Source: Microthyrium microscopicum
Taxonomy: Eukaryota
Length of the DNA: 64,000 nt
Reading direction: 5' to 3'
Assembly: GCA_010405405.1 (NCBI GenBank)
Contig: MU004232.1
Span: forward strand, 131,540-195,539
Position numbers and translations under genes: made by a program. The notes under the pieces were generated by a model. That model had not been told where the DNA came from. It saw only the letters and a list, made by a program, of their open reading frames with translations, and made no database searches. Below, in pieces: positions 11,922-23,758 of the stretch; positions within the stretch are counted from its first letter, which is position 1, and each line of letters starts with the position of its first letter.

Positions 11922-13079
11922 CATGATTAGCGATTATGCGTATAAAGTCGAAATGACCGTGGCTATAGACAGCAGGCGAAGGGCACTGCGGTAAAAATAA
12001 TGACAATCTTGCAAGAAGTACGACGGCATCTGCGGATTGTCCAGCGGCGAACAACAAAGATTTTACAGCAACAAGAGGGCAAGGTGTAGACAGAGGACCG
12101 AGGGTATGATTATGTAGTCACAAGTTTAGTCTCTACGAGGCTGAGACGGACAGATGGACCAGATGAATCTCATGTGAGACATGTATGGAAGTGTATCTCA
12201 TTGGTTCTTGATCGGATGCGACAAGGACAAGATATGCGTTCAAACTCACCCAGAAACCCAAGTATCCTAATTCCTGCGACCCACAGTCTGGCCGAGAGAA
12301 GTTCAGGGAAGCACAAGATGCGGTACCGCACTAGTCGACAATAGCACTGTAATTGATTCGATGCTTGTTCATGAAAATGAGGTTTCAACCTTGTAGCTGT
12401 GGAGAACGGTTTCCGGATAGACTGACCGAGTTCAGTGCTTTGTGATGCTATCTGCCTTTTTTTCAGTCGGCTAAGAGGACTTCAGAATGTCAAGGCCCGA
12501 GGAGATGGATATCTACGCGTAGTGATCCATGGGCTGTTGAAAAAATATAATTGTTCTAGCGGACGAGTGGAAGTAACGCGAAAGGCTGAAGCTTGTGCCG
12601 ATACAGATCCGATAGCATCAAGCTCCTATGCTCCTCGCCGTGATTTTCGATATGTTGGCCGTGAGACCCAAGCTTCAGAAACGTCTACTAGCTACCTGCT
12701 TGCAGATATAATTGCATCAAGAAGCTCGATGCGCTGGTAATCCTGGAATGACCTTGATAACGACGCTGAGGGTAATTGTCTATTCCCAAACCAGCGTAGT
12801 TGATACCCCACAATTCTTGGTGTCGAGCTATTCAGCGCACAAGCAATGGTCGAATGCCCCCCGAGTATTATGATGGACCTCCGGATGATACTGATACTGC
12901 CGGATTTTCGAGAGAATAGCTGATGGTTTGAGGTGGTTGATGGAGAAGGGACGTCATGTCAAAGTTCATGTTGGAGGTGGTCCGTTGCTGCATGTGATGC
13001 TTCCAACCACCACGCGACCGGATCAACGGAACATCTCCGTCTCATCCCAACGCGTCGGTCTGTACGAAAATATTTGAGC

Positions 13080-14313
13080 ATGACAGATCTTTCGACTGTT
13101 CTGCCCACATTTTCAACCGATGGCTATACTCATCTGATCGCGCCACTGGAAAGAGCTGGGGTTACCACAAGCGAGCTGCTATGCGCCCAGCCAGTCGACA
13201 TCGCGAAAAAGGCTCAAGTCCCGCCTTCTGGAGTCGCAAAATTGGTCGACGCGTTGGTTGAAGCTCTTCACGCCGATATTGACGAGAAACCGCCACTTGA
13301 ATGGAACGCGTTGAGTTCGTTGAATGCGGGCATCGATGAGGCTCTCGGTGGAGGGTTCCCTGCTGGGTACTTGTCAGAAATCACAGGAGAAAGGTAATCG
13401 AATAAACATTTCTCGCCTGTAAACACAAACTCTAACAGTGACTAGTGGCGCCGGGAAAACGCAGCTTTTATTGACATTATTACTGTCTGTACAATTACCC
13501 AAGCCCCAAGGCTTAGCAAAATCGGCGCTATACATTTCAACAGAAGCAGCACTATCAACATTACGACTCTCGCAGCTACTCCGAATCCATCCACAACTTA
13601 GCGATCTACCAGCATCACAGAAACCCACCTTATCTAGAATCCACGCTATCCAGACACCAGATCTTGAAGCGCAAGACCACATTCTACGCTATCAAGTCCC
13701 CGTAGCAATCGAGCGCTTCAACGTCGGACTTGTAGTCATCGATTCCATAGCATCCAACTATCGTGCAGAGCTTGACGACCTACCACCCGGAGCTGCTCGA
13801 CCAATCCGCAACAACGGCGCGCAAGCAATGGGAGAGCGACGAGCACGGCTGGTGCAACTAGGCTCATATCTTCGCGATATAGCACGCACTAAAAACATCG
13901 CTATCGTAGTATCAAACCAAGTAGCTGATCGTTTCGATCATCTTGATGTCGCGCCCAGCCATTCCATACCTAGCCATTCAGCACCAGTCCTGCCCTTGGC
14001 GGTAGCATCGACTGATCCGCTGACGCTGGATCACCAGCAGAGATGGTTTACTGGATGGGGTGATGTACCTGGAGATCTGTCGCAGATGGCGATGAAGACA
14101 CCCTCGTTGGGCCTTGTATGGACGAATCAAATTGCTGCTCGTATTGCGTTGGTCAAGGAGGCGTCTGGGTCAGATGAAAGGAAGAGAAGAAGATGGTTGC
14201 GGGTGGTATTTGCTCCTTGGACCGCTCAGACCAGTGCCGCTGGAGTCGAATATGAGATCCTGCCTGAAGGAATCATGAAAGTTGAGGAATCGGCCTCGAA
14301 TTCCACTAGCTGA
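13080..14313 (+). CDS. RAD57: Rad51 paralogue Rad57/XRCC3-like DNA repair protein
   Basis: IDEALGGGFPAGYLSEITGE|SGAGKTQ (Walker A across intron 13394-13445), YISTE, Walker B LVVIDS, NQVADRF and KTPSLGLVW. Confidence 0.9.
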
Positions 14314-16504
14314 TTATCAATTTTTTCGTGAGATAAGTTGCGACCTGAGGCAGAATGCTCCATGTACGAGTTATTGGAACCTCTGGGGTGGACATTAATC
14401 CAGTTCTCCGACAATGAATGAGATGAACCAAAACAACCAATTCATATCGATTAAAAAAGCCTTTATCGTCCTCGTCGACTAGTTGCCAGAGATCACCTAA
14501 AGTATTCTCATCGAGCCCGGAAGCATTAAGTAATTGCACTAGCTCATCTCCTAAAATGAGGGATATGTCAGCCAAAAGTGCTTCCTTCGAATGCGGTCAA
14601 TTGAACCAGGGACACAACAGTGAAATGGAACATACCCAAGTATTGTCCTGAGGGAAAGAAATGCTGACAAAAATCCCAATATACATCTACAGCTCTCATT
14701 GTTAAACGCGGTACAATAGGTCTTGAGTTTGGGGCATCTAGCCTCCGGATCTTTGGGAGTGATGGAACCGAAGAAATTCCACTGGAGATTCGGCCGCAGA
14801 AGTTATCTTCATCAGTTTGGGCATGACCGATGAGACGGAGCATCTGAGCTAATTGTACAGTATCAAGGACCCCTCCGTCTTGGAGATCAACGGTTGTCCA
14901 TATCTAAGCCCGATCAGTTAGAGTGTCTTGAACGACATAACAGGTATGATGGGAACCAAACTCACATTTCTCAGAGTCCTTTTCTTAAGCCCACTTCGGC
15001 TCAGAAAATCCTGAGCTTCTTCACCGTTCAGGATATCTGTAAAATTCGTCGGTTCCCAGTCATCGGGGTCCTGATCACCTCGTTTTGCTTGTACAATGTC
15101 ATACGCAACTTCATAGAAGATGCCTTCTTCCGTTTTAGAAAGCAATAACTCTTCGATTCGTCTTTTTTCGCTTCCAATCATGTACCAGTGCTCAACATAA
15201 CGCTTCAAGTCATGTAGTCTATCTGCGTGACTATTATTAGCTAGATAGTTGTAGATGGAATTGTTCAGACTCACCCTGGGAAGGCGGAGAAACCATATCG
15301 TACATTGCGGGATCAGCAAACTCGCGCCCTTTGAAGATTGTATCCCAAGTAATCTGTTGACGATCACTCTGGACATCGCTCGAGAATGGGCTGCTTTTAT
15401 TGCCGGATGGTGGAGACGCAATCCGTCCTGGCATTGGTGGAAGCGGAACTCGTCCAGAACTGCCTGGAGAGTAAATAACCCCTTCTGGCATGGGCGGAAG
15501 AGGAATCCGTTCTGAACTTGCCAAAAGTGCCATATTAGTTTGTTGCCAAGTATCGTCAAAGCCTATATTCTGAGTAGAAACGCCTCGCTGTCCAATGTGG
15601 CCAAAAGTATCCTTTCCCTCACCCGAAGAAACTAAAGCATTCAAACGAGCTGCATGAGAAATGCCAGTGCTCGTCTGAGCAGGGACACGAAATTGTCCAA
15701 TGTTGCCAAAAGTATCCTTTCCCTCCTCCGAAGAAAGTAAAGCCTTCAAACGAGCTTCATGATCGATGCGATCACATAGTTGCGAAGCACCACCCACAGC
15801 TGGCGTAACGTTCGAGGCAATCGTGTCATTCGCATCGTCCTTCGAAGCCTGCGCCAGATTTTCTAAAGGCGCGCGCTGTTCATCATTCAATGGCATAGCA
15901 GCCAATCGAGCATACAACCCTTCTATATCCCGATCCATCTTGGCCATGCCCGCCACCAAAACTTCCGTATTATCGTGAATAGCATCAGACTTCTCATTCA
16001 ACTCAGTCGTATCCTTCTTGATAGTCTTGATCAGCGACCTAGCAAAGCGTCAACACATCTTCTCGAAGTAGAGCAGGAGACCAGTTACAGCTGCACCACA
16101 TCCAACGCGATATTCAAACTCGACTTATGCGCCTCCAGATTGGACCTCAATCGATCCATGTCACCCTTGGCCGAGACACTCCACTCAATCTTTCGCAACA
16201 ACCCAAGCCCTTTACCCGAAATCTTCGCCAGGCTGTCTTCAATATCTTGCACAACCTGCCCGCAGTTTTTCACGACGATGGTGAGGTTTTCCTCCATTGT
16301 TTGCGGGAGGTCAATCTCATTGTCCTTAAAGTCATCAGCCAGTGCCTCAAGACACATTTGTAATGACGATAATTCGCGGGCTACCCGATCAAGATCGCGA
16401 CGAGCACCGCGGACTTCGCGCACGAAGCTGGTGATGGTGATGCCTGCCTTGCCAACTGCAGCGATGAGAGATATGATCCCGGTAGTAAGTGTTATAGGGT
16501 CCAT
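14306..16504 (-). CDS. Fungal HeLo-like/STAND N-terminal domain protein with internal repeats and two C-terminal EH domains
   Basis: N-terminus MDPITLTTGIISL..SFVREVRGARRDLDRVARELSSL..KIEWS..LRSNLEAHKSSLNIALD. Introns at 16088-16039, 15274-15223, 14965-14904 and about 14635-14551 join the ORFs in frame. Splicing gives two EH-like blocks: GEEAQDFLSRSGL..TLRNIWTTVDLQDGGVLD and GDELVQLLNASGLDENTLGDLWQLVDEDDKGFFN. Confidence 0.75.
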
Positions 16505-16649
16505 CTTGGTCTCTCTCTCGCACACACTCGTGCGTAAGCAAGAGATAGACAGATGGAGATATCAAGATCTCATGGAGAGGATCGGTTGAAGTTGAGTGAA
16601 CTCAGCCTCAACACCAAAAGGCCCGTGCGCGAATGCATGATAGAGATAT

Positions 16650-16862
16650 CAACGGCATGGCAAAATAAATGGCATACTCCCATTAGCTCTAATACCTACT
16701 ACTAGCGCTGCTTACCAAAAGGTGCTTTAATCCCCATCGTAACTAATAAATATTCCTTATGCGAACGCCCTTTATGGCAAAGAAAGCACTTGATAATAGA
16801 CCGTAGCGTCTGGGCGCCATCAGAGTTGATGGGAGTACGCTATTTATTTTGGTATGCCGTTG
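16650..16862. repeat. About 210-bp inverted-repeat (MITE-like) element
   Basis: Left arm caacggcatggcaaaataaatggcatactcccattagctctaat matches the reverse complement of the right arm, caacggcataccaaaataaatagcgtactcccatcaactctgat. The mismatches are mostly transitions. Confidence 0.7.
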
Positions 16863-17139
16863 GCTATTTCACGCGTAGATGAACAGATTTCAAGATACAT
16901 ATACATACGCACAAGAAATAATAAATATATAAACAAATTCAGACGATTTTAACTTAAGTCCATCATGGGTATAAACTTCGCAAATGCAAAACTTAGGTAT
17001 AAACAAACCCCCCTATTTCCAAGCGACTATAACATATCCTGCAGTACTTTTATTTACAACGCCGCAAAACACAAAATCCATGGCTATGACAGTCTATATG
17101 CAAGCTACGTCCATCTCAATCTCTCATCTTCTCGAACAC

Positions 17140-20100
17140 TCAAGTCGACATAACAAGCGCCAACAGCGCCATACGCGTATACAGCCCATACCGCATCTAT
17201 TCACCAATTAGCATCTCATGTCTACAAAGTCTTGAATTCGAGGGGACTTACCTGTCTGAAATATGCCGCCCGGGGATCAAAGTCAACTTCCGGTGCAATC
17301 TCGTTATTTCTCGGCAGCGGATGCATAACCACCATCTTTGGCTTCGCATCTCTTAGCACCTTGTTATCCACTATGAAGGCATCCTTGACCTTCTCATATC
17401 CTTCGGGGGTTGGGAACCGTTCCTTCTGGATGCGCGTTACATAGAGCACGTCGGAAGATGCCACAATGTCCTTGGTAAGTGCAATGACTTCTTCGCCTAG
17501 CTGGCCGCGTTTCTTGAGTGATTCACATAAAGAGTCGGGGAGGCGTAGTGATTCGGGAGAGACGAGTTGGATTTTGACGTCGTAGTGTTTTAGGAGAGCG
17601 CAGAGGGAGTGTACTGTGCGTCCGTATTTTAGGTCACCGACGAAAGTTATGGTTAGACCATTGACGGTGCCGAGTTCCTCGCGGATAGTAAAGAGGTCGA
17701 GGAAGGCTTGTGTTGGGTGCTCGCGAGATCCATTGCCAGCGTTGATGATGGGTACGTTTGAGAAGCGTGAAGCTGTCTCAGCAGATGCTTCGTCAGGATG
17801 TCGTAGGACGATAGCATCGCCGTAGCAGGCCAGGGTGCGAATCGAGTCACTAAGTGATTCGCCCTTGACTGTAGAGCTTATGGCCTCGCTGATGGCAACA
17901 GTGGCACCACCCAGACGCTTCATGGCTGCGTCAAAGGAACCAGAGGTGCGGGTGGATGGCTCGTAGAACATTGTGCAGAGGACTTTGCCCTTGAGGAGAT
18001 CGAGAATGCCATCTCGCTCCACGCCGACTTTCATTTCCTGGGCAACGGTGAAGAGGTCGTGCAAGTCAGACCTACTGAATTGGTTGACGCTCAAAATATC
18101 CTTGCGACGGAAGGTTGAAGTGGCAAGGAGTTCTGGAAGAGACACAGCATGACCAGGCAGACGGGAGTGTGTTGAGTCGTCATGATGTGGTGATGGTCCC
18201 CAAGTCTGGAAGTCGATCTTAGTAACTTCCAGGTCATACTGGCGAGCCATGGCCTCAATGAGAATCTTCGCGTTCTTTACGTTGGTGACCAAAGGAGTTT
18301 GATAGTCAACTGCCATTCGTCGAGTTTGATAGCCGCGAGACACATAGTTGGCAGGACGACGGAAGCGATTGCTGGATGGCAGATTGATGTAAAGATCAAT
18401 CATGTTGTTGGCCAAATGTCCCGCTAAGGAATACTCGGCCTTTTGACCAGCGTGATCACCATTTCCTCCAAGTATCTCCAGGAACTTGACTGGTATACCG
18501 TGTTCTTGGATATAGTCAGCCGTACCAGCAGTAGCAAACAACTTGAAACCCATCTTGTGCAGGCTCTCAATCGAAGGCAGCATTTCCAGCTTGTCCTTGA
18601 ATGATCCGATAGAGAGGAGAATGTTCTTGTTTGGTAGTTTGAAGCCAGTGGATAGCAGTGCCTTCATGTATGCTTCATACTTTGTTCGACCAAAGCATGC
18701 GACTTCTCCTGTGGATGCCATCTCCACGCCAAGTACTGGGTCGGCTCCAGACAAGCGAGAGAATGAGAACTGCGGTACTTTGACACCGACATAGTCTGGA
18801 GGAATATTGACGCGTGGATACTCGACTAAAGGCAAACCCGCGATCGCCTTGGTTGCCATTTCGATCAAATCAACTCCCATCACTTTGGATACGAATGGGA
18901 ACGATCTCGAAGCTCGGACGTTACATTCGATGACCTTGATCTCATTGTCTTTGGCGATAAACTGTATGTTGAATGGACCAGTGACATTGAGAGCATGGCC
19001 GATCTTACGAGTAGCATCCTCAATGCGCCGCACTGTTTCAGGATCCAAATCTTGTGGAGGGAGGATGAGTGTTGCATCTCCCGAGTGAACGCCAGCGTTC
19101 TCGACATGCTCAGAGATAAAATGTCCAATCATCTTTCCGTTGCGAGCGACGGCGTCCATTTCAATTTCTTTCGCATTCTCGATATACTTTGAAATGACCA
19201 CAGGGTGTTCTCGGGAGACCTCAGCGGCTTGTGCTAGATATGCCTCAAGGTCGTGGTGTGAATAGACAGTATTCATGGCAGCGCCAGAAAGGACGTAAGA
19301 GGGCCGCACCAAGACTGGGAATCCAGCCTTCTTACAGAAATCGCTCGCCTCTTCGATACTCGTAAGTTCCTTCCATGCAGGTTGATCAACAGCGATCCGA
19401 TCCAGCATACGAGAGAATTTGTATCGATTCTCGGCAGTGTCAATCATCTCTGGCGAAGTGCCTAAGATGTGGACGTTGCTACGATAGAGTGTGAGAGCGA
19501 TGTTGTTCGGTGTTTGTCCACCCATAGACAGAATCACACCCTTTGATCGCTCGAGGAAGTATATATCGAGGACGTTCTCAAGAGAGATGTTCTCAAAGTA
19601 GAGCTTGTCCGCTTCATCATAATCGGTACTGACAGTCTCCGGGTTATAGTTGACCATGACTGTCTTAAAGCCATTCTCACGAAGTGTTCGAATTGCACGA
19701 ACTGAACACCAGTCGAACTCGACAGATGAACCAATTCGGTATACACCGGAACCGAGAACCATAATTCCTCGGTCGTCAAAAGCGATGTCGTGTTCTTCGC
19801 CATTATATGTAAGGTAGAGATAATTCGTATGGCAAGGGAATTCGGCTGCAACTGTATCTATTTGCTTCACGACCGGGGAGATTTCAGCTAGTCGTCGGGA
19901 AGTACGGACTTCTCCATCGGTAGAGCCCCAGAACTTGGCCAATTGCATATCAGAGAAACCGAGTTGCTTGGCCTTGACAAAGAGAGATCGAGGAATTGAT
20001 TTAGCATCATATTTGCCCATCATCTTGGAGAAGTCGCTAAGGCCTTGTAATCGATTCAAAAACCACTTGTCAATCTTGGTCATTTCCCAGATTTTATCCA

Positions 20101-22818
20101 CGGGATATTTGCCGGAGGCCATAGCATTTGCGATAGCAAACAGACGTTGATCAGATGGAGTCTGTAACTCTTCATCGATGGACATGAGAGCGTGCGCATC
20201 ATCGTTGAAGCCGAGATTGTGAAGATCAATGGATCGTATTGCCTTTTGAATTGCTTCTTCGAAAGTTCGTCCAATGCTCATAACTTCGCCAACTGATTTC
20301 ATTGATGAGCCGAGCAAGGTGGAGACGCGCATGAACTTCTTCAAGTCCCAGCGAGGAATCTTGACAACGACATAGTCAAGAGAGGGTTCGAAGCAAGCAC
20401 AAGTAGACTTGGTCACACTGTTCTTGATTTCGTTGAGCGGAATGTTAAGTCCAAGTTTGGCAGCGATAAAGGCCAGTGGATAACCTGTTGCCTTGGAAGC
20501 CAATGCTGAAGATCTCGACAAACGCGCATTAACTTCGATAATGCAGTATTCTCGAGAAAACGGGTTCAAAGCATATTGGATATTGCACTCTCCCACCACC
20601 CCGAGATGTCGAATGACATTGACTGCCGTCGTTCGCAGCATATTGTAATCCGCGTCCGAGAGAGTCTGAGATGGAGCAACAACGATGGAATCTCCGGTGT
20701 GAATACCAAGGGGGTCAAAGTTTTCCATGTTGCAGACAGTGATACAGTTGTCATGAGCATCTCGCACGACTTCGTATTCAATCTCTTTCCAGCCCTTCAT
20801 ACTTCTCTCGATAAGTACTTGGGGACTAGCCGCGAAGGCCTTGTTGCAGAGATCCAATAGTTCTTCCTTGTTATTAGCGAAGCCGCTGCCTAGGCCTCCA
20901 AGAGCGTATGCAGCTCGAACAATGACAGGATAGCCAATATCTTCAACAGCAACTAAAGCTTCTTCATTATTGCAGGCCGACGCCGATTTTGCGCATTTCT
21001 CGCCAATTGATTCCATACTGCGAGCGAAGAGTTCTCGATCCTCAGTCGTAATGATAGTGTCAATCGGAGTTCCGAGAACCTTGACACCAAGCTTCTCAAA
21101 TTCATCTTTCAGCTGGATACCAACTTGGAGTGCGGTCTGGCCACCAAACGTGACATAGATGGCATCGGGTCGCTCGTATTTGATGACTTTGCGAACGAAT
21201 TCGGCATTGACTGGTAAGAAGTAGACCTTGTCAGCCAGTCCACGAGAAGTTTGGATGGTGGCAATGTTTGGATTGATAAGGATGGTGTATATCCCTTCTT
21301 CCTTTAACGCCTTGATAGCTTGAGATCCAGAATAGTCAAACTCGCCAGCTTGTCCAATACTAAGCCCACCACTGCCAAGAACAAGAACCTTCTTGGGTTG
21401 AAGGCGTGGGTGTAGCTTGAGATTCTCCTCCCGTGTCCCACCTGGGAAGGAAACTGCATGAGAAAGGGCCTCTGTGCCTTCGGCGCATCTCTTAACCGTG
21501 TCGATGAAAATGTCAAAAAGAAATTCTGTATCTTGTGGACCTGGGGCGTGTTCTGGATGGAACTGTACACTGAAATATGGCTTGGAAGTATGACGGATTC
21601 CTTCGTTGCTACTGTCATTGGCGTTGACAAACAACTCCTCCCACCCGTTAGTCAAAGAGGATGCATCCACAGCATATCCGTGATTTTGGGAAGTGATGTA
21701 GCATCGTCCAGACAGGAGATTAGTACATGGAATATTGTGACCTCGATTACCAAACTTCATCTTGCTAGTTGTTGCACCTGCTGCGCGAGCAAGAAGCTGA
21801 TGGCCAAGGCAGATACCGAATATGGGAGTTTTGCCTTGTTGTAGAACAGTCTGGATATGCTTGACAGTATTTTCCATCATCGCCGGGTCACCGGGACCAT
21901 TTGAAAGAAAGAGGCCATCACACTCAGACTCGAGCAGCTGAGTAAAGTCAAAGTCCCAAGGGACAACCTGAACCTCGACACCTCGACCGACTAGACATCT
22001 AAGCTGATTATATTTCAAACCAACATCGACGCAGACAATTCTGAGTGGTCGACCAGAAGGATGTTGCAGTGTATTGCTTGGATCGGGTTGATATAATGTT
22101 TGAGCAGTAGTAGAGACTATACATAGTTAGAGGCCATTTCAGTAGAACTCTTTTCTAATCATGAGATATTACCTTCTGCAACCAGATTTTTGGTATTTGG
22201 ATTTACCCAATCAATGACATGAAAGTCGGTTTTGCTCAAGGTGTTATGGTGAGCCGAGTCCCCATTGATCTCTCCATTGGTGCCGTTGGACACGGGAGCG
22301 GACCCGTTCTGATCGGATCGCGGCAGTAGCAATCTACCAAGCATACTACCTTCTTCCCGTATCTTCTTGGTCAGAAGACGGGTGTCCACATTACATATGG
22401 CCGGGACTCCTTGCTCTTGAAGCCATGTTCCCAACGACGATACGGCTAGATGATGGGAGTACTCCTCCCCGCAGTACGAGGCTACGACCAAACCAGCAAT
22501 GTGTATTTCACGAGATTCGAAGTATTTGGGGAGCTTCAGCAGATCGTCCAGCTGGTTCCGATCTGGTACGCCATAGTTTCCAATGAGAGGGAAAGTGATG
22601 ACCAGAATCTGACCACGATACGAGGGATCGGTTATGGACTCGGGGTATCCCACCATGCCAGTTTGGAACACCAGTTCTCCGGCGGCACTTTTGTGGGCGC
22701 CAAACGAAGTGCCTTGACAAAAATAACCATCTTCAAGCTCCAAGGCTATCTTCTTTCCAACCTCCATGGCGTTCTGAATTTCTGGTTGTCGAGCTGGTGT
22801 GACTATAGTACTGGGCAT
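17140..22818 (-). CDS. URA2: Multifunctional pyrimidine synthesis protein: glutamine amidotransferase + carbamoyl-phosphate synthetase + aspartate carbamoyltransferase, with no DHO-like domain
   Basis: Exons 22818-22173, 22116-17252 and 17196-17140 give 1855 aa. Motifs: [41 protein letters not shown], a duplicated ATP-grasp, an MGS domain, and ATCase [12 protein letters not shown] and MHPLPR. Confidence 0.97.
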
Positions 22819-23758
22819 ATGCTAGGATATATACAATATGCGGCTAGAAAGGGTGGAAGGCACACAACGGCAAGGAACGAGAGGTAAGATGCCGTTTATA
22901 TGTTGCTTGGGTTCTTCAAAACTGGAAATTAGCATCTTTGTATCACCAGAAAATTTTGAAGACGCACCTTTTAGACTTGAAGATGTGGAGCTGTTTGTTG
23001 TTCAAACAGGAAATCTGGAAGAGGGAAATAGTGGAGTCGCGTAGTCGAGCAATCAAGCAGACAGCGAGGGGTACAAGTGTAATATCAGGTAGATAGTACA
23101 ACAAGTACCTTTCCAGAACAAGCAAGTGAAAAGGATTTTTGGATATTATTAGAGGTGAGAAAGTCGAGGCTGAAGAAAGAAATATTTATCGATTGTCGGC
23201 GGGGAGGAGACACTAATCTATTTTGGGATGGTGCTCGCGATTTGAGCCGGTACCTTGACAGGGATGGCGCGTTGGGGAGAATGCGTGCTTACACCGCTGC
23301 CAGATGGCGGGGATATATCTGGAGTCACCATTGAGTGCTTGTTATTCTATCATTTGTGTCATTTTTGAAAGATTTGTCTATTCTTTACAGGACCGTTGCT
23401 CAAGATCTCGATTCTATCATTAATCAAAACGAAAGAAATCATGGGCGATGTCTTCCAAGACTCTTAAGAAGAGGGCGATCTAAGGCGCTGCAGCTGGGGC
23501 TAGACATTTTCTGCGTGTATTTTGACCTATCAATGGTGTACTCGCGTCTAACGCTTAACAACCTTGTATTATCTAAACCTCACCCTCTCCACTGCTACCT
23601 GCATCGTGTGTTGGGATGTCTCATACACTCTTCCCGTCATAACATTTAATTCCCAATCTAGCCGCTCCCCAACACCTAACTCTGCCCAAATTCTGGTCAT
23701 AATTGGCGTTGCAAGATGATCATATCTTGAAGCGTTTGGTCCCCATGCGCGCGCGAAA

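Noticed and set aside
17232..22887. Numerous antisense and alternate-frame ORFs over URA2 (similarly over YAT1, Lon and the permease)
   Set aside because: Shadow ORFs arising from codon bias in conserved genes.
22820..23115. Possible 5'-UTR intron or regulatory uORF upstream of URA2
   Set aside because: A TAG acceptor-like site lies just before the ATG, but the donor and branch site are unconvincing and no conserved uORF peptide is recognisable.
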